A stretch of DNA of 64,000 nt from a virus. The notes beneath the pieces were generated by a model that saw only the letters and a program-made list of their open reading frames with translations, was not told where the DNA came from and ran no database searches. Position 1 is the first letter of the stretch. Each line of letters begins with the position of its first letter. This document shows, piece after piece, positions 55,701 through 64,000 of this stretch. The translations under genes and the position numbers were made by a program. The DNA is taken from the IMG/VR virus record IMGVR_UViG_3300045141_000143, positions 4,061 to 68,060 of that record; one strand, written 5' to 3'.

Positions 55701-56992
55701 GGTGTGTCGTTGACGTTGTCATAGTAGAGATTGCGGTTCGCTGTGGCGACGAAGCCGATGCTCTGATTGACGTTCATCCGAATAGCGTTCGCGGTGTGCG
55801 TGCTATTCAGAATGATGCCGTATTGTGTCGTGGCAGCGCTTAGAATGAGTTGCTGGACGCCGCTGCCACTCAGCGTGCCCGTGATCTGGATGCCGCCGGT
55901 AATGACGCCGCCTGCGAGTGGCAGATAGAGCGCCGCTGCGGCGGCAACAAATCCGGTCGTTGCTAGTTGAGTCGTATTCGTGCCTGGGGCGGCAGTTGGC
56001 GCTGCAGGTACGCCTGTGAACGTCGGTCCAGCGAGCAAGGCGCCGCCGACGCCGGTCACGTCCGCTGCGGTCAAGACGACCGCACCGACACGCGTGTTGA
56101 AGCTCAGAACCGCAGCGGCGTTCGCTGCCTGGACGAATGCCGTGGTCGCCAGCGTCGTCGTGTTCGTGCCAGCGACCTGTGTGACCCCGATAGTGCCAGT
56201 CGGCAGCGATGGCGCCCCCGAGAACACTGGGCTCGCCAATGGCGCGTAGGGCGCCAGGAGCGTCGTGAAGCCCGCGCCGCTGACGACACCAGTTGCAGCG
56301 AGGGTGGTGAACGAGCCGCTGGCCGGCGTCGTGACGCCTACAGCGGTGGCATTCAACCCGGTCGAGGTGATCGAGGCGACATCGTTGCCTGCACTGACGA
56401 AGAAGTGGGAGCCACCGACATGGTTGAGCCGCCCGCTGGTGACCGAGAAACCGTAGGCCGTGCCCCAAAGAGCTATGTGACTTGAAAGATCACTTGGGCT
56501 GGCACCAAGCACGCTGCCAAAGGCAAGACCGCCATTGCCGACGTTAATCTGGCCAGTGGAGCGGTTGATCCGCAGCGCATACGTGCCGATGAGAACGCCA
56601 GTGTCATCGTAGGGTGAGAGGTCGAGGTCACCCCCGAGGTTCGCTCCGCTCTCAGCGGTGTTGGTCGTGTGCCAGCCCCAGCGGTTTATACCCGCCGTCT
56701 GCCAATAGATCGCGCGCCCCGTGTTCGTAGCCGCGCCGTTCAGATACAGCGCCTGCGGGAGCGTGTTGATGCCGAGTGTCAGCGAGCCGGTGAGAATACC
56801 CCCGGTGGTTGGAAGGAAGGCACCAGGTCCAGCAATCGGAAAGATCGATGTCGCTTGGTTCGCGGTGTTGCCGCCGCCGTAATAGAGGATATTGGTCTGC
56901 TCGTTGTATGCGAGTTCAGCGGCAGCGAGTGTTGGTGGTGCGCCTGCGGCTCCTCCGACAGCGCGGCGCTTGATGCGAAAAGTATCGGCCAT
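52778..56992 (-). CDS. Long fibre protein (distal segment) with C-terminal receptor-binding domain
   Basis: RIKRR..LA.AELAYNE N-terminus; repeated SP.FTG.P.APT..TTQLATT.FV; C-terminal domain shared with 25691-26779. Confidence 0.85.
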   Translation of the reverse strand: MADTFRIKRRAVGGAAGAPPTLAAAELAYNEQTNILYYGGGNTANQATSIFPIAGPGAFLPTTGGILTGSLTLGINTLPQALYLNGAATNTGRAIYWQTAGINRWGWHTTNTAESGANLGGDLDLSPYDDTGVLIGTYALRINRSTGQINVGNGGLAFGSVLGASPSDLSSHIALWGTAYGFSVTSGRLNHVGGSHFFVSAGNDVASITSTGLNATAVGVTTPASGSFTTLAATGVVSGAGFTTLLAPYAPLASPVFSGAPSLPTGTIGVTQVAGTNTTTLATTAFVQAANAAAVLSFNTRVGAVVLTAADVTGVGGALLAGPTFTGVPAAPTAAPGTNTTQLATTGFVAAAAALYLPLAGGVITGGIQITGTLSGSGVQQLILSAATTQYGIILNSTHTANAIRMNVNQSIGFVATANRNLYYDNVNDTPTGLKWSTGSQAAPNPVITLADAGYIQCLSYYADGATGTWRSFRALTSGILNWVVGGNLTATPQDGSNAGTDLDFNAYSDTGALIATHARITRATGLFTFYRGIFINTQVAPGGITDLSRHIALYSTTYGFNVTANRLNYLAPNLAAHWFNVNAIDVASITATGINATAVGATTPSTGSFTTLAATGAVSGAGFTTLLAPYAPLASPVFSGAPSLPTGAVGITQVAGTNNTTLATTAFVTAADIAAAGVVTFNTRSGAVVLTAADVTGVGGALLASPVFTGAPSLPTGTVGVTQAVGDEDTSLATVLFVAREAAGYIANNIADADATWTTANANERVISATGVLTADRTVTIPVNAAHKSWVVRHGGTGGFNVIFAAGTNSFSIPQGYSGEIWSSGAALFATHSILPAATVRIGDTTRNAFQFTTGLGATAVSTLTTTGTGALNITGAFTAATAATADNSTTVATTAFVKAQLYATLAAPALTGVPTAPTAAPGTNTTQLATTAFVTAADIASAGVTTFNTRTGAVVLTAADVTGVGGALLAGPTFTGVPAAPTAAANTNTTQLATTSFVQTATAAYVPLVGGVNVTGGVTFTAAGYALNVTNNCLVSGILAVGGTASISNTGLNGAAVGATTPSTGAFTTLSATGAVSGAGFTTLLAPYAPLAAPALTGVPTAPTAVANTNTTQLATTAFVTTADNLKAPLASPALTGTPTAPTAAVGTATTQLATTAFVTGAAGGGGPSAGNRNRLINSSFRVNQRGSPSPVNNGAGYSFVSSLDMWRSGVNGHSWTFNATNPAATITISSGSVQQLVEGVFVEGGTYTLSWQGTATGRINGGTYAASPITVTGITAATNIVVEFQAGTVLKPQLEPGTVATQWEMRLDERSLCERYYQQGTFQFAGYGVAGTPAIATFSLPTSMRIIPSITVLQNSTLNIGSYSQSMPDTHDLIIGATVTAAGNYNYNGSYYLFAEITSPT

Positions 56993-57006
56993 TTATAGTT
57001 ACTGCG

Positions 57007-58947
57007 TCAGAATGTGCCACCGTCCAGGGTCACTCCATCAATGGTCCCGCCAGTGATGGCAACCGCAGACGCAGCCTGCGTCGACATGGTCCCGAGGCCA
57101 GTGATGTCGGTGTTCGGTATCGTGGCGATTGCAGTGAACGCCGCCGCCGCATTGCCCTTCACGTAGCCGGTCAGCGTGACAGCGCCAGTGCCGCCGTGGT
57201 TGACCGCGATCGTCGTCGCATTCCACGTCCCCGCAGAGACGGCACCCAGCGTCGTGATCGAGGCCTGCCCCACGTACGCCGGATCGATGTCGATGCTGTC
57301 GGGGTTGACCAGGATGCGATTGGCGGTGCCGATAGCGTCGATCTGGTTGCCGGTCTTCGTGAGCCCGCCGCCAGCGATGATCTGGCCAGCGCCGCTGAAC
57401 TGGACAAATGTGATCGGTGTCGTGCCAAGCGTTCCGCCAGGATCACTGGTGCACACGTAGCCGTTGTCGGCGTTGGCCGTGCCAAGCTCAACGAAAATAT
57501 AGGTAGCTGGAATCTCGGCCCATGTGTCCATGTCGGTCGTGCGCGTCCAGGCGCCGACTGCGGCGGCGTAAATGCCGTTGTTCTGCGCGAGCGTCTGATC
57601 CTTGACCAACACACGGTCGCCGGCGACGGCGGTGATACCGTCGATCACCAGCAAGCCACTCAGCGCTGCCAGGTTTGTCGTCGTCGCCATGCGGCAAGGG
57701 TTGCTGACGTTCAGGCCTTGAACCACACCATCGACGTAGTTCTTGGTCGCCGCGTCTTGCGGACTCGTAGGGTCGAGCAGCGCGGTGATTTTGCGATTGC
57801 CCCAGGCGACATCGGCCGTCGGTGCCTGGAACTGATCCTGGCGCAGCCCTTTCACGAATGCCGTGGTCGCAAGGGTTGTCGATGAGTCCGCATTTGAAGG
57901 TGTTGGCGCTGCAGGTACGCCTGTGAACGTCGGGCTGGCGATCGGAGCGTAAAGTTGCGCCTTCACGAATGCCGTAGTTGCAAGCGAAACCGACGAGTCG
58001 GCTGTGGCCGGCGTTGGTCCGGTCGGATTGCCAGTAAAGATCGGCGATACGGTCGGCGCACGCGAGGTATCCGTTGCGTGAACGTGATCTGCGCGAGCGA
58101 AGGTGGTGCCGACACCAACTGCGACAACGCCATCCATGACGGGGTTGGTCGAGGATGGCAGCGGAACGCTCGCAACAGTCGCGTAGGTCTGCGCTTTGAC
58201 GAATGCCGTGGTGGCTATCGACGTGTCGTTGTCCGCTGTGGCAGGAGTCGGCGCTTGGGGGTCACCTGTGAAGACTGGCGACGCCAGCAAAGCGCCGCCC
58301 ACACCAGTGACGTCCGCTGCGAGCAGAACGACCGAACCGCTTCTCGTATTGAAAGTCTGAACGCCGGTTGAAGCCGCAGCCGCCTGCACGAATGCCGTCG
58401 TTGCTAGTTGCGTCGTATTTGTGCCGGGAACAGCAGTTGGTCCAGCGGGTATTCCAGTGAACGTCGGAGACGCCAGGGGAGCACCGCCGGCACCTGTCAC
58501 GTCGGCTAACAGCAGAGTTACCGCACCCGCGCGTGTGTTGAAAGTCTGAACGCCTGCCGCCGCCGCTGCCAAAGCGACAAATGCGGTGGTCGCTATTTGA
58601 GTCGTGCTCGTCCCTGGGCTGGCAGTTGGCGCGAGAGGTACGCCTGTCAGACTTGGCGACGCGAGCGGTGCGCGCGAGGTGTCGCTTGCATGGACGTGAT
58701 CCGCGCGAGCCCATGTCGTAGCGGTGCCAATCGCAACCGCACCGTTCATAATTGGGTTGGTGGACGCGGCCAGACCAGGTCCGCCAATGCCGAGGATTAC
58801 CGATGCAGTGCCGCCCGACCCGCCAGTGCCCTCGCCATAATACAGAATGTGGTCTTGCTCGTTGTAGGCAAGCTCGGCATTCGCGAGCGATGGCGGTGCG
58901 CCGACGAGCCCGGTGACGCGGCGTTTGATCCGGATGACGTCGGTCAT
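57007..58947 (-). CDS. Fibre protein (middle segment)
   Basis: RIKRR..AELAYNE N-terminus; ARADHVH; DAATKNYVD; GDRVLVKDQT..NGIY..W.R..D; ends LDGGTF. Confidence 0.85.
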   Translation of the reverse strand: MTDVIRIKRRVTGLVGAPPSLANAELAYNEQDHILYYGEGTGGSGGTASVILGIGGPGLAASTNPIMNGAVAIGTATTWARADHVHASDTSRAPLASPSLTGVPLAPTASPGTSTTQIATTAFVALAAAAAGVQTFNTRAGAVTLLLADVTGAGGAPLASPTFTGIPAGPTAVPGTNTTQLATTAFVQAAAASTGVQTFNTRSGSVVLLAADVTGVGGALLASPVFTGDPQAPTPATADNDTSIATTAFVKAQTYATVASVPLPSSTNPVMDGVVAVGVGTTFARADHVHATDTSRAPTVSPIFTGNPTGPTPATADSSVSLATTAFVKAQLYAPIASPTFTGVPAAPTPSNADSSTTLATTAFVKGLRQDQFQAPTADVAWGNRKITALLDPTSPQDAATKNYVDGVVQGLNVSNPCRMATTTNLAALSGLLVIDGITAVAGDRVLVKDQTLAQNNGIYAAAVGAWTRTTDMDTWAEIPATYIFVELGTANADNGYVCTSDPGGTLGTTPITFVQFSGAGQIIAGGGLTKTGNQIDAIGTANRILVNPDSIDIDPAYVGQASITTLGAVSAGTWNATTIAVNHGGTGAVTLTGYVKGNAAAAFTAIATIPNTDITGLGTMSTQAASAVAITGGTIDGVTLDGGTF

Positions 58948-59570
58948 TAGAAGCTCCCTCCGTCAAGCACTTGCGACGACCAGTCCTCGAGATCGGTCGT
59001 GTAGAGCAGCACGTCGCCAACCTTGGCCGCGACGCTCGTCACCAGATCCGGGTGAACTGAGAAGCCGATCGCCTGCTCGACGAACTGGGTGGTGGCGATC
59101 TGTGTCGAGTTGCTACCGGCCGTCGGTGTCGGCGCGGTGGGCACGCCGACCAGTGCCGGCGAGTTTAGCGGCGCATAAGGCGCAAGCAGGCCGAGCGCAC
59201 TCGCCCACTGATTGTTGAGCCGACCGTACACGAGGCCTGTCGCCGGGGCATCGGGGATGCCCGATTGCCACGCCGCAATAGCGTCCACCATGACGGCTGT
59301 CGGCGGGGGTGCGATGACATCGACCGTGATCGGATCAGGCAACTCCACATCGACGTTTGGCGTCGGCAGCGGCGCAGGTGTGTCAACAACGACGACCGGC
59401 GGTGCAGCGACGACATCGACGCTCAGAGGCGGCTGCGGACCAGGCAGATCGACCTCGATGGCCGGCACCGTCGGCAGCGTCACGTCGAGAGTGAAGCCGT
59501 CAGCCGCGACCGTGACGATCTGAACCGGCGTGCCGCTATCTACATCGACGGATACGGTGTGATCGCTCAT
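58947..59570 (-). CDS. Short fibre linker with foldon-like motif
   Basis: V-D-V/Pro repeats; GIPDAPATGLVYGRLNNQW; ends LDGGSF. Confidence 0.75.
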   Translation of the reverse strand: MSDHTVSVDVDSGTPVQIVTVAADGFTLDVTLPTVPAIEVDLPGPQPPLSVDVVAAPPVVVVDTPAPLPTPNVDVELPDPITVDVIAPPPTAVMVDAIAAWQSGIPDAPATGLVYGRLNNQWASALGLLAPYAPLNSPALVGVPTAPTPTAGSNSTQIATTQFVEQAIGFSVHPDLVTSVAAKVGDVLLYTTDLEDWSSQVLDGGSF

Positions 59571-59959
59571 ATCGGGCGCCCCGGAACGATGGAGGGCTGC
59601 GCGGCTAGCGTTCCGACGTTGGTCGAGTCAGTGACATCCATCGTCACGCTCACGCTGCCAAGCAGGATCGTCTGCACGTCACCATTCGGATAGGTCAATT
59701 GGAGATCCCATGTGCCGCCCGTCTTTGGCAGCCCCTGGCTCTTCGCGGTCGTTATCACCGCAAGGATGATGTTCGGCATCTGGACGGTCAGATCGAGCGA
59801 CGTGATGAGGGTGCCGCCTGCCGCAGAGCGTATCTCGGCCTTCGGGATGACCGCCGTCAGATCGGCCGGGACGGTCTTCGCTGGATCTTGCCAGAGCGTG
59901 AATTGCCAACGATAGGAATCGCCGTGGTAGATCGAGATGTTCAGCGTGCCAGGCGTCAC
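59567..59959 (-). CDS. BppU-N-like Ig anchor domain protein
   Basis: I..GD.Y..F..P.DLT....AEIR..WDLQLT..G.V.T.L.G.V.V..DVT. Confidence 0.7.
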   Translation of the reverse strand: MTPGTLNISIYHGDSYRWQFTLWQDPAKTVPADLTAVIPKAEIRSAAGGTLITSLDLTVQMPNIILAVITTAKSQGLPKTGGTWDLQLTYPNGDVQTILLGSVSVTMDVTDSTNVGTLAAQPSIVPGRPI

Positions 59960-60213
59960 TGCTTGGCCCCGCCCGGCGGCACCGTGGTCTCAATGTCATC
60001 AACGGTTGAGCTTGCGGCGTTCCTGTGCTCGACCCACTCGGCGCCGCATGTGTCGCATCGCTTGGTGGTCGAGAAGGTGTTCGGGTCCGAGTTCGTCATG
60101 ACGCCGTTGCCATCGTGGACCGGCGTCCACGCAAGCTGCGTCATGACCTGACTGACGACCGCGATCCGGCACTCTGCCGCGTCGCCAGGGCAGTCGGGAT
60201 GACTGTGCGCCAT
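59956..60213 (-). CDS. Small Cys-rich protein
   Basis: C..C..TQLAW.PV.D..G..DPN..C..C..W. Confidence 0.65.
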   Translation of the reverse strand: MAHSHPDCPGDAAECRIAVVSQVMTQLAWTPVHDGNGVMTNSDPNTFSTTKRCDTCGAEWVEHRNAASSTVDDIETTVPPGGAKQ

Positions 60214-60225
60214 TGATCCGTTCCT

Positions 60226-61971
60226 TTAGGAAGTGACCGGACTTTCGAGGAAGCCGTCGATGCCTTCGAGGCCGTCGTCGATCATCGACTGGCCGACGCA
60301 CATGATGAGGCTCGTGATGCCGTCGATCCTGCTGACGCTGTGCTTCTTCGATGGCATCCGGTTGTCGTTTTCGTAGGTGAGGACGTGAAGGTTCGACGCC
60401 ATCCACGCCAAGACCTCGTTGTCGCCGTGGTCTAGCTGCTCGGATAGCAGCATGGCCTCGAACTGTTTGGTCGGTGCGGAGTAGAAGCGGACGCCCTGGT
60501 TGAACTGAAAGATCGGAAGCCCGGCGTTATCCAATGAGACGGCGAGCTGCATCGCGTTCCACGGGTCGTAAGCGATGCTGATGGGCTGCGCTGTTCGGCA
60601 ATCTTCCATGACGGCAGCCTGGATCTCGGAATGGTCAATGACGTTGCCCTCCGTCGTCTCGATCAGGCCCTCACTGATCCATCGCCGGTACTGCACCTGG
60701 TCGCGGTCGGTCTTCGCCTCGACGGTATCGGACGGCATCCAGAAGCGGGGCACGACCTTCCAGCGCGTCTCCTCGCCGATCGGCGGGTACAGCTTGACCC
60801 AGGCGGTCAGATCGACGCGGGACGACAGGTCGATGGCGCCGAAGAAGTGCCGGTCCATCAGTTCCGCGGGATCGAACGGGCCTCCGCTGTTTCGCCGCCA
60901 GACATCCATGTCGATTGCGCGCGTGGCGTCGCTGGTTCGGACGTTTAGTCGCAGCCGTTTGAAGGCTACGAGGGCAGGAGGTGAGCGCGACGCCTTCAAC
61001 GCCTGCCGCCGCATGTCGTCCATCTTGACCGAAACGTGCAGGTTGGGATTGGCCTTGATCCACACCTTCGGGTCGTCCCAACGATCCCCCTTGTCGAGCG
61101 TTGCGATGTAGGAAAAGTAGCTGTCGTCCTTAATGACGCCTTCGGCCACACCCATCGCGTAGGCATTTTCCGCCGCGTAGACGGTCTCCGTCGCGTCATC
61201 GCCGGCCGTCGTGATGATCCACAACAGCGGCTGGCGGCGTGAGCCCATCGCCGTGTCGAGGACATCGAGCACTGCACGCGAGCGGTGCCGGTGCAGCTCG
61301 TCGATCACGATGACATGCGGGTTGAGGCCGTCGAGTGTTCGCTCATCGGACGACAGCGCGACGAAACTCGACAGCGTCTCGTCCACCGCGAGGACTCTGG
61401 TGAGAACCTTGACCTCGCGCGATAGCATCGGTGATCGGAGCACCATGCGGCGTGCTTCCTCGAACACCAGCCGCGCCTGATCCTTTTTCGTTGCGGCACT
61501 GAATACTTCGGAGCCGGGCTCTTTGTCAGCGACGAGGCCCTTCAGCGCTATCGCCGCAGCGTCCGTCGTCTTGCCGTTCTTCCTCGCAACCTCGACATAG
61601 GCCGTGCGGAAACGCCGCAGCCCGTCATTTCGCAGCCAGCCGAACACCGATCCGCGGATGAACTTCTGCCACGCCTCAAGCTTGACCGGTCGGCCCGCCC
61701 ACTCCCCTTTCGAGTGCAGCAGGAAGTCGTTGAAGGCGATGGCATGAGCCGCAACGTCGGGGCGCCAGGTCAGGCCTCGCTTGTGGCCATCAGCCAGATC
61801 GCGGATGTGCCGCTCGCAGGTGAGGCGCACCAGGCGCCCGGTGACTATCTTCCCGGTGCAGACATCCCAGGCATAGGCGCTGACGGGATCTTCGCTAGTG
61901 GACGGCCTCCGTGCTGGGAGCGCGAGCGAGGTATTGCTGGAGCGTCTCCTGGCCTTGTCCTTCTGAGCCAT
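60226..61971 (-). CDS. terL: Terminase large subunit
   Basis: L..WQ.F, RRFR.A..E.ARKNGKT, DELH, ITTAG, W.KANP.L, DLS..D, YDPWNA, RIDG. Confidence 0.97.
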   Translation of the reverse strand: MAQKDKARRRSSNTSLALPARRPSTSEDPVSAYAWDVCTGKIVTGRLVRLTCERHIRDLADGHKRGLTWRPDVAAHAIAFNDFLLHSKGEWAGRPVKLEAWQKFIRGSVFGWLRNDGLRRFRTAYVEVARKNGKTTDAAAIALKGLVADKEPGSEVFSAATKKDQARLVFEEARRMVLRSPMLSREVKVLTRVLAVDETLSSFVALSSDERTLDGLNPHVIVIDELHRHRSRAVLDVLDTAMGSRRQPLLWIITTAGDDATETVYAAENAYAMGVAEGVIKDDSYFSYIATLDKGDRWDDPKVWIKANPNLHVSVKMDDMRRQALKASRSPPALVAFKRLRLNVRTSDATRAIDMDVWRRNSGGPFDPAELMDRHFFGAIDLSSRVDLTAWVKLYPPIGEETRWKVVPRFWMPSDTVEAKTDRDQVQYRRWISEGLIETTEGNVIDHSEIQAAVMEDCRTAQPISIAYDPWNAMQLAVSLDNAGLPIFQFNQGVRFYSAPTKQFEAMLLSEQLDHGDNEVLAWMASNLHVLTYENDNRMPSKKHSVSRIDGITSLIMCVGQSMIDDGLEGIDGFLESPVTS

Positions 61972-62419
61972 GCGTGGATGATCCGTTCAGCGCGTCGCCT
62001 CCGAGCGTGAGGCCAACTCGCGGGCGTGCGGTCGGCGAGAAGCCCAGTTCCGCCGCAAGCTTCGACATGATGAGCGCCTGACGATTGATGATCGGGAGGA
62101 ACGGCGACTGCACCATCTGGCGGGTGTTCGGCGTCCGCACTACGAGGCCCCTCGCGCCGAGCGAAGCCTGCATGACGACGGCGCGACGGTGGTAGCACTG
62201 AGCGACGACCCAGCACTCAAGCACGCCGGCGTCGATCATCTTGAGCATTCCGGGCGGGGCGTGCTGCAGGGCGTAGGCCCACGCCGCGCGCTGGTCCTCG
62301 TCGAAGTGCGCTGGCGCGGCCGCCAGTGGGCCTTCGGGCTTCGGCTCGTGGCGATTGATCGGTTCCGTCGAGCGATGCAGTTCCTTGAGGACCGTCGGCT
62401 TCGGTTTGCGGCCCCTCAT
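61895..62419 (-). CDS. terS: Terminase small subunit (P27 family)
   Basis: MRGRKPKPT.LK..EPKP..SP.L.I..ELGFSP.AR. Confidence 0.93.
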   Translation of the reverse strand: MRGRKPKPTVLKELHRSTEPINRHEPKPEGPLAAAPAHFDEDQRAAWAYALQHAPPGMLKMIDAGVLECWVVAQCYHRRAVVMQASLGARGLVVRTPNTRQMVQSPFLPIINRQALIMSKLAAELGFSPTARPRVGLTLGGDALNGSSTHGSEGQGQETLQQYLARAPSTEAVH

Positions 62420-62628
62420 CGCAGCGGAAGCACCCGCACATAGCCCACGCCATCGAGCAGCACGACCAGCACGATCAGCAGGCAGATCAGCACGACGATG
62501 ACGCGGGAGATTTTCCGCATCGGCTCTTGCACACCCAACTGGTCAATGGCCCAAAGGAGGACGGCACCGACCAGCACGATGAACAGCACGTAGATGAGCA
62601 GGTAGAGCAGGGAGATCATCGCCGCCAC
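62416..62628 (-). CDS. Small two-TM membrane protein
   Basis: LLYLLIYVL..VLLWAI..P..KI..VIVVLI. Confidence 0.75.
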   Translation of the reverse strand: MAAMISLLYLLIYVLFIVLVGAVLLWAIDQLGVQEPMRKISRVIVVLICLLIVLVVLLDGVGYVRVLPLR

Positions 62629-62900
62629 GTCCCTTTCTCGCGGTGCTTCTTCGCGTCGCAGTCGTTGCAGAGCGTCTGGAGGTTGCTGGGATCGTCACTG
62701 CCGCCATCGGCTCGCGGCTTAATGTGGTCGACTCGCCAACCCGGATCGCCGCACTTCTGACAGACCCCGTTGTCCCGCTGGCGGACATATTCGCGCAGCT
62801 TTTTCCACGCCTGAGTGCCGTAGAATGCGTGGTGGGGATTGGGGTTTTTGGGCGCCGGTTGCCACCCGAAGGGTCGATAAAGGGGTGGCTTTTGGGGCAT
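62616..62900 (-). CDS. Packaging-associated HNH endonuclease
   Basis: FYGT.AW.KLR..RD..CQ.C..VDHIKP..GG.D..NLQTLC..C..K. Confidence 0.93.
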   Translation of the reverse strand: MPQKPPLYRPFGWQPAPKNPNPHHAFYGTQAWKKLREYVRQRDNGVCQKCGDPGWRVDHIKPRADGGSDDPSNLQTLCNDCDAKKHREKGTWRR

Positions 62901-63005
62901 CGGTTAGCAACGGATTGCCGCAGGGTGGCGAATTAAGGCCGTAAGCCGTTCCCATTTGTCAAGAGATCTGACGATTTTCGTACCTGCGGCAAAGGTTTGC
63001 CGCCG

Positions 63006-63200
63006 TCAGATCGCCAGCAGGATGAGGTCATCCGGGCGCAAGCAGAGCACCAGCTCGTCGCCCACCGTTCGCCTCAGATGCACCTCGACGTAGGCCGTGC
63101 CCTCGATAGGTCTCACCTCGTAGACGTTCCACAGCCTGCCATCCTCCAGACGGACGTTGTCGGAGGCTGTGTTCAGATCCCCGACGCGGCGCAGGATCAT
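63006..63200 (-). CDS. Hypothetical protein
   Basis: Coupled ORF. Confidence 0.55.
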   Translation of the reverse strand: MILRRVGDLNTASDNVRLEDGRLWNVYEVRPIEGTAYVEVHLRRTVGDELVLCLRPDDLILLAI

Positions 63201-63508
63201 GCCGCACCAGCTGGCTTGCCGAAGCGGAGTTGAAGCTCCGCGGCGAACGTCTCAAGCTCGTTGTGGATGAGTTCCATCCGCCGCATGTCGGGCACGGTTT
63301 CCTCCACGCCATCCTCAAGGATCGTCATGATCGACGAGAACAGGTGCTGGGCGCCGGCCATGAACGCCATCCGCATCTCGTTGAGCTGAACCGCCGGGGC
63401 GTTGTGCGGGATCGCCTGCAGCCGCAGCGCCACCCACCCCGCCTCGATCAGCTTGCCTTCGTCAGCGAGCTTGCGGGATAGCTGTTCTAGGAATTGGCGA
63501 TCGGCCAT
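63197..63508 (-). CDS. Conserved phage hypothetical protein
   Basis: LIEAGW..IP..AP.VQ..EMR.AF.AGA..LF. Confidence 0.7.
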   Translation of the reverse strand: MADRQFLEQLSRKLADEGKLIEAGWVALRLQAIPHNAPAVQLNEMRMAFMAGAQHLFSSIMTILEDGVEETVPDMRRMELIHNELETFAAELQLRFGKPAGAA

Positions 63509-63509
63509 T

Positions 63510-63854
63510 TCACAGTTCCCCCTTGGCCCAGCGACCGGCGGGCACGCCGGGACGGTCCCACGCCGCCTCGATGCCAGCGACATGACGCTCGGCGCCGACA
63601 TCGGCGTTGTCACCCCAGAAGAAGGGCTCGGGGAGCGCCAGCATCATCGACGCCAGGGTCTCCAGCCAGACTGCGACGCGGTGCGGACAGTTCCGCTTAC
63701 CCGTCACGAACTGGGCCGCCGTGGTATCGGAGACGTCGAGACGCCTCGCAAACTCGTTGCGGGACCAACCGATAACGTCGAGGCACCAGGCGACGCGGTC
63801 TGGTGGCATTGGCAGCGAAAAGGCGCATGGAGGATCGGGCGGTTCGTAGGGCAT
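63510..63854 (-). CDS. XRE-type HTH protein
   Basis: CLDVIGWS.NE.ARRL.VS......G...P..VA.WLE.LA. Confidence 0.75.
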   Translation of the reverse strand: MPYEPPDPPCAFSLPMPPDRVAWCLDVIGWSRNEFARRLDVSDTTAAQFVTGKRNCPHRVAVWLETLASMMLALPEPFFWGDNADVGAERHVAGIEAAWDRPGVPAGRWAKGEL

Positions 63855-64000
63855 GATTGCTCCTGAACGGTTGAAAATCGCTCTGCGGTACTAGAACTTT
63901 CCCCGTAGCCGCTGCAAGCGCCCCGGCGACGTGGATCCCGGCTGACTACCCCCTGATTTGACCACCCCCTGGCTCAATTTCCCCTGCGCACAAACGGCGA

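Larger units (their letters stand above)
1..64000. mobile_element. Temperate HK97-like siphophage, possible phage-plasmid, of an Alphaproteobacterium
   Basis: Complete packaging, head, tail, lysis, immunity, recombination and replication modules; no host housekeeping genes. Confidence 0.93.

Noticed and set aside
1-64000. Integrase, protelomerase, transposase, tRNA
   Set aside because: No recombinase, DDE or cloverleaf signatures recognised; could lie outside the window

Overview
The window is most or all of a GC-rich, HK97-type siphovirus genome, probably infecting an Alphaproteobacterium (Acetobacteraceae/Rhodospirillales-like gene families; host is an inference). Layout: 1-5.8 kb (+) plasmid-leading-region-like accessory genes (DUF6876, DUF6927, beta-clamp-like, DUF5131); 5.8-14 kb (-) early/middle operon (Cro-like, GapR-like, RuvC-like, HNH, DUF1376 initiator, DUF6456, ParB-N, two SAM-fold proteins, Calx-beta); 14-19.3 kb (+) tandem-HTH repressor, RecE-like exonuclease, Sak4-like ATPase; 19.3-20.7 kb a compact plasmid-type replicon (HTH Rep, likely antisense RNA, RHH protein with repeats); 20.7-24.7 kb small accessory ORFs including a HiPIP-like protein; 24.7-64 kb (-) packaging, head, tail and lysis. 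No integrase, tRNA, CRISPR array or reverse transcriptase was recognised, so a phage-plasmid lifestyle is plausible. Most striking: a 7.7 kb fibre cassette between terL and portal with an apparent daisy-chain architecture (C-terminal LDGGxF followed by N-terminal RIKRR, plus a foldon), a glycosyltransferase/methyltransferase pair in the head module, an abruptly AT-rich recoded capsid 3' end, two tandem tail-tube paralogues, a circularly permuted lytic transglycosylase in a 3069-aa tape measure, and a TGCA-N3-TGCA operator motif. All family calls come from motif recognition by eye, not database searches.
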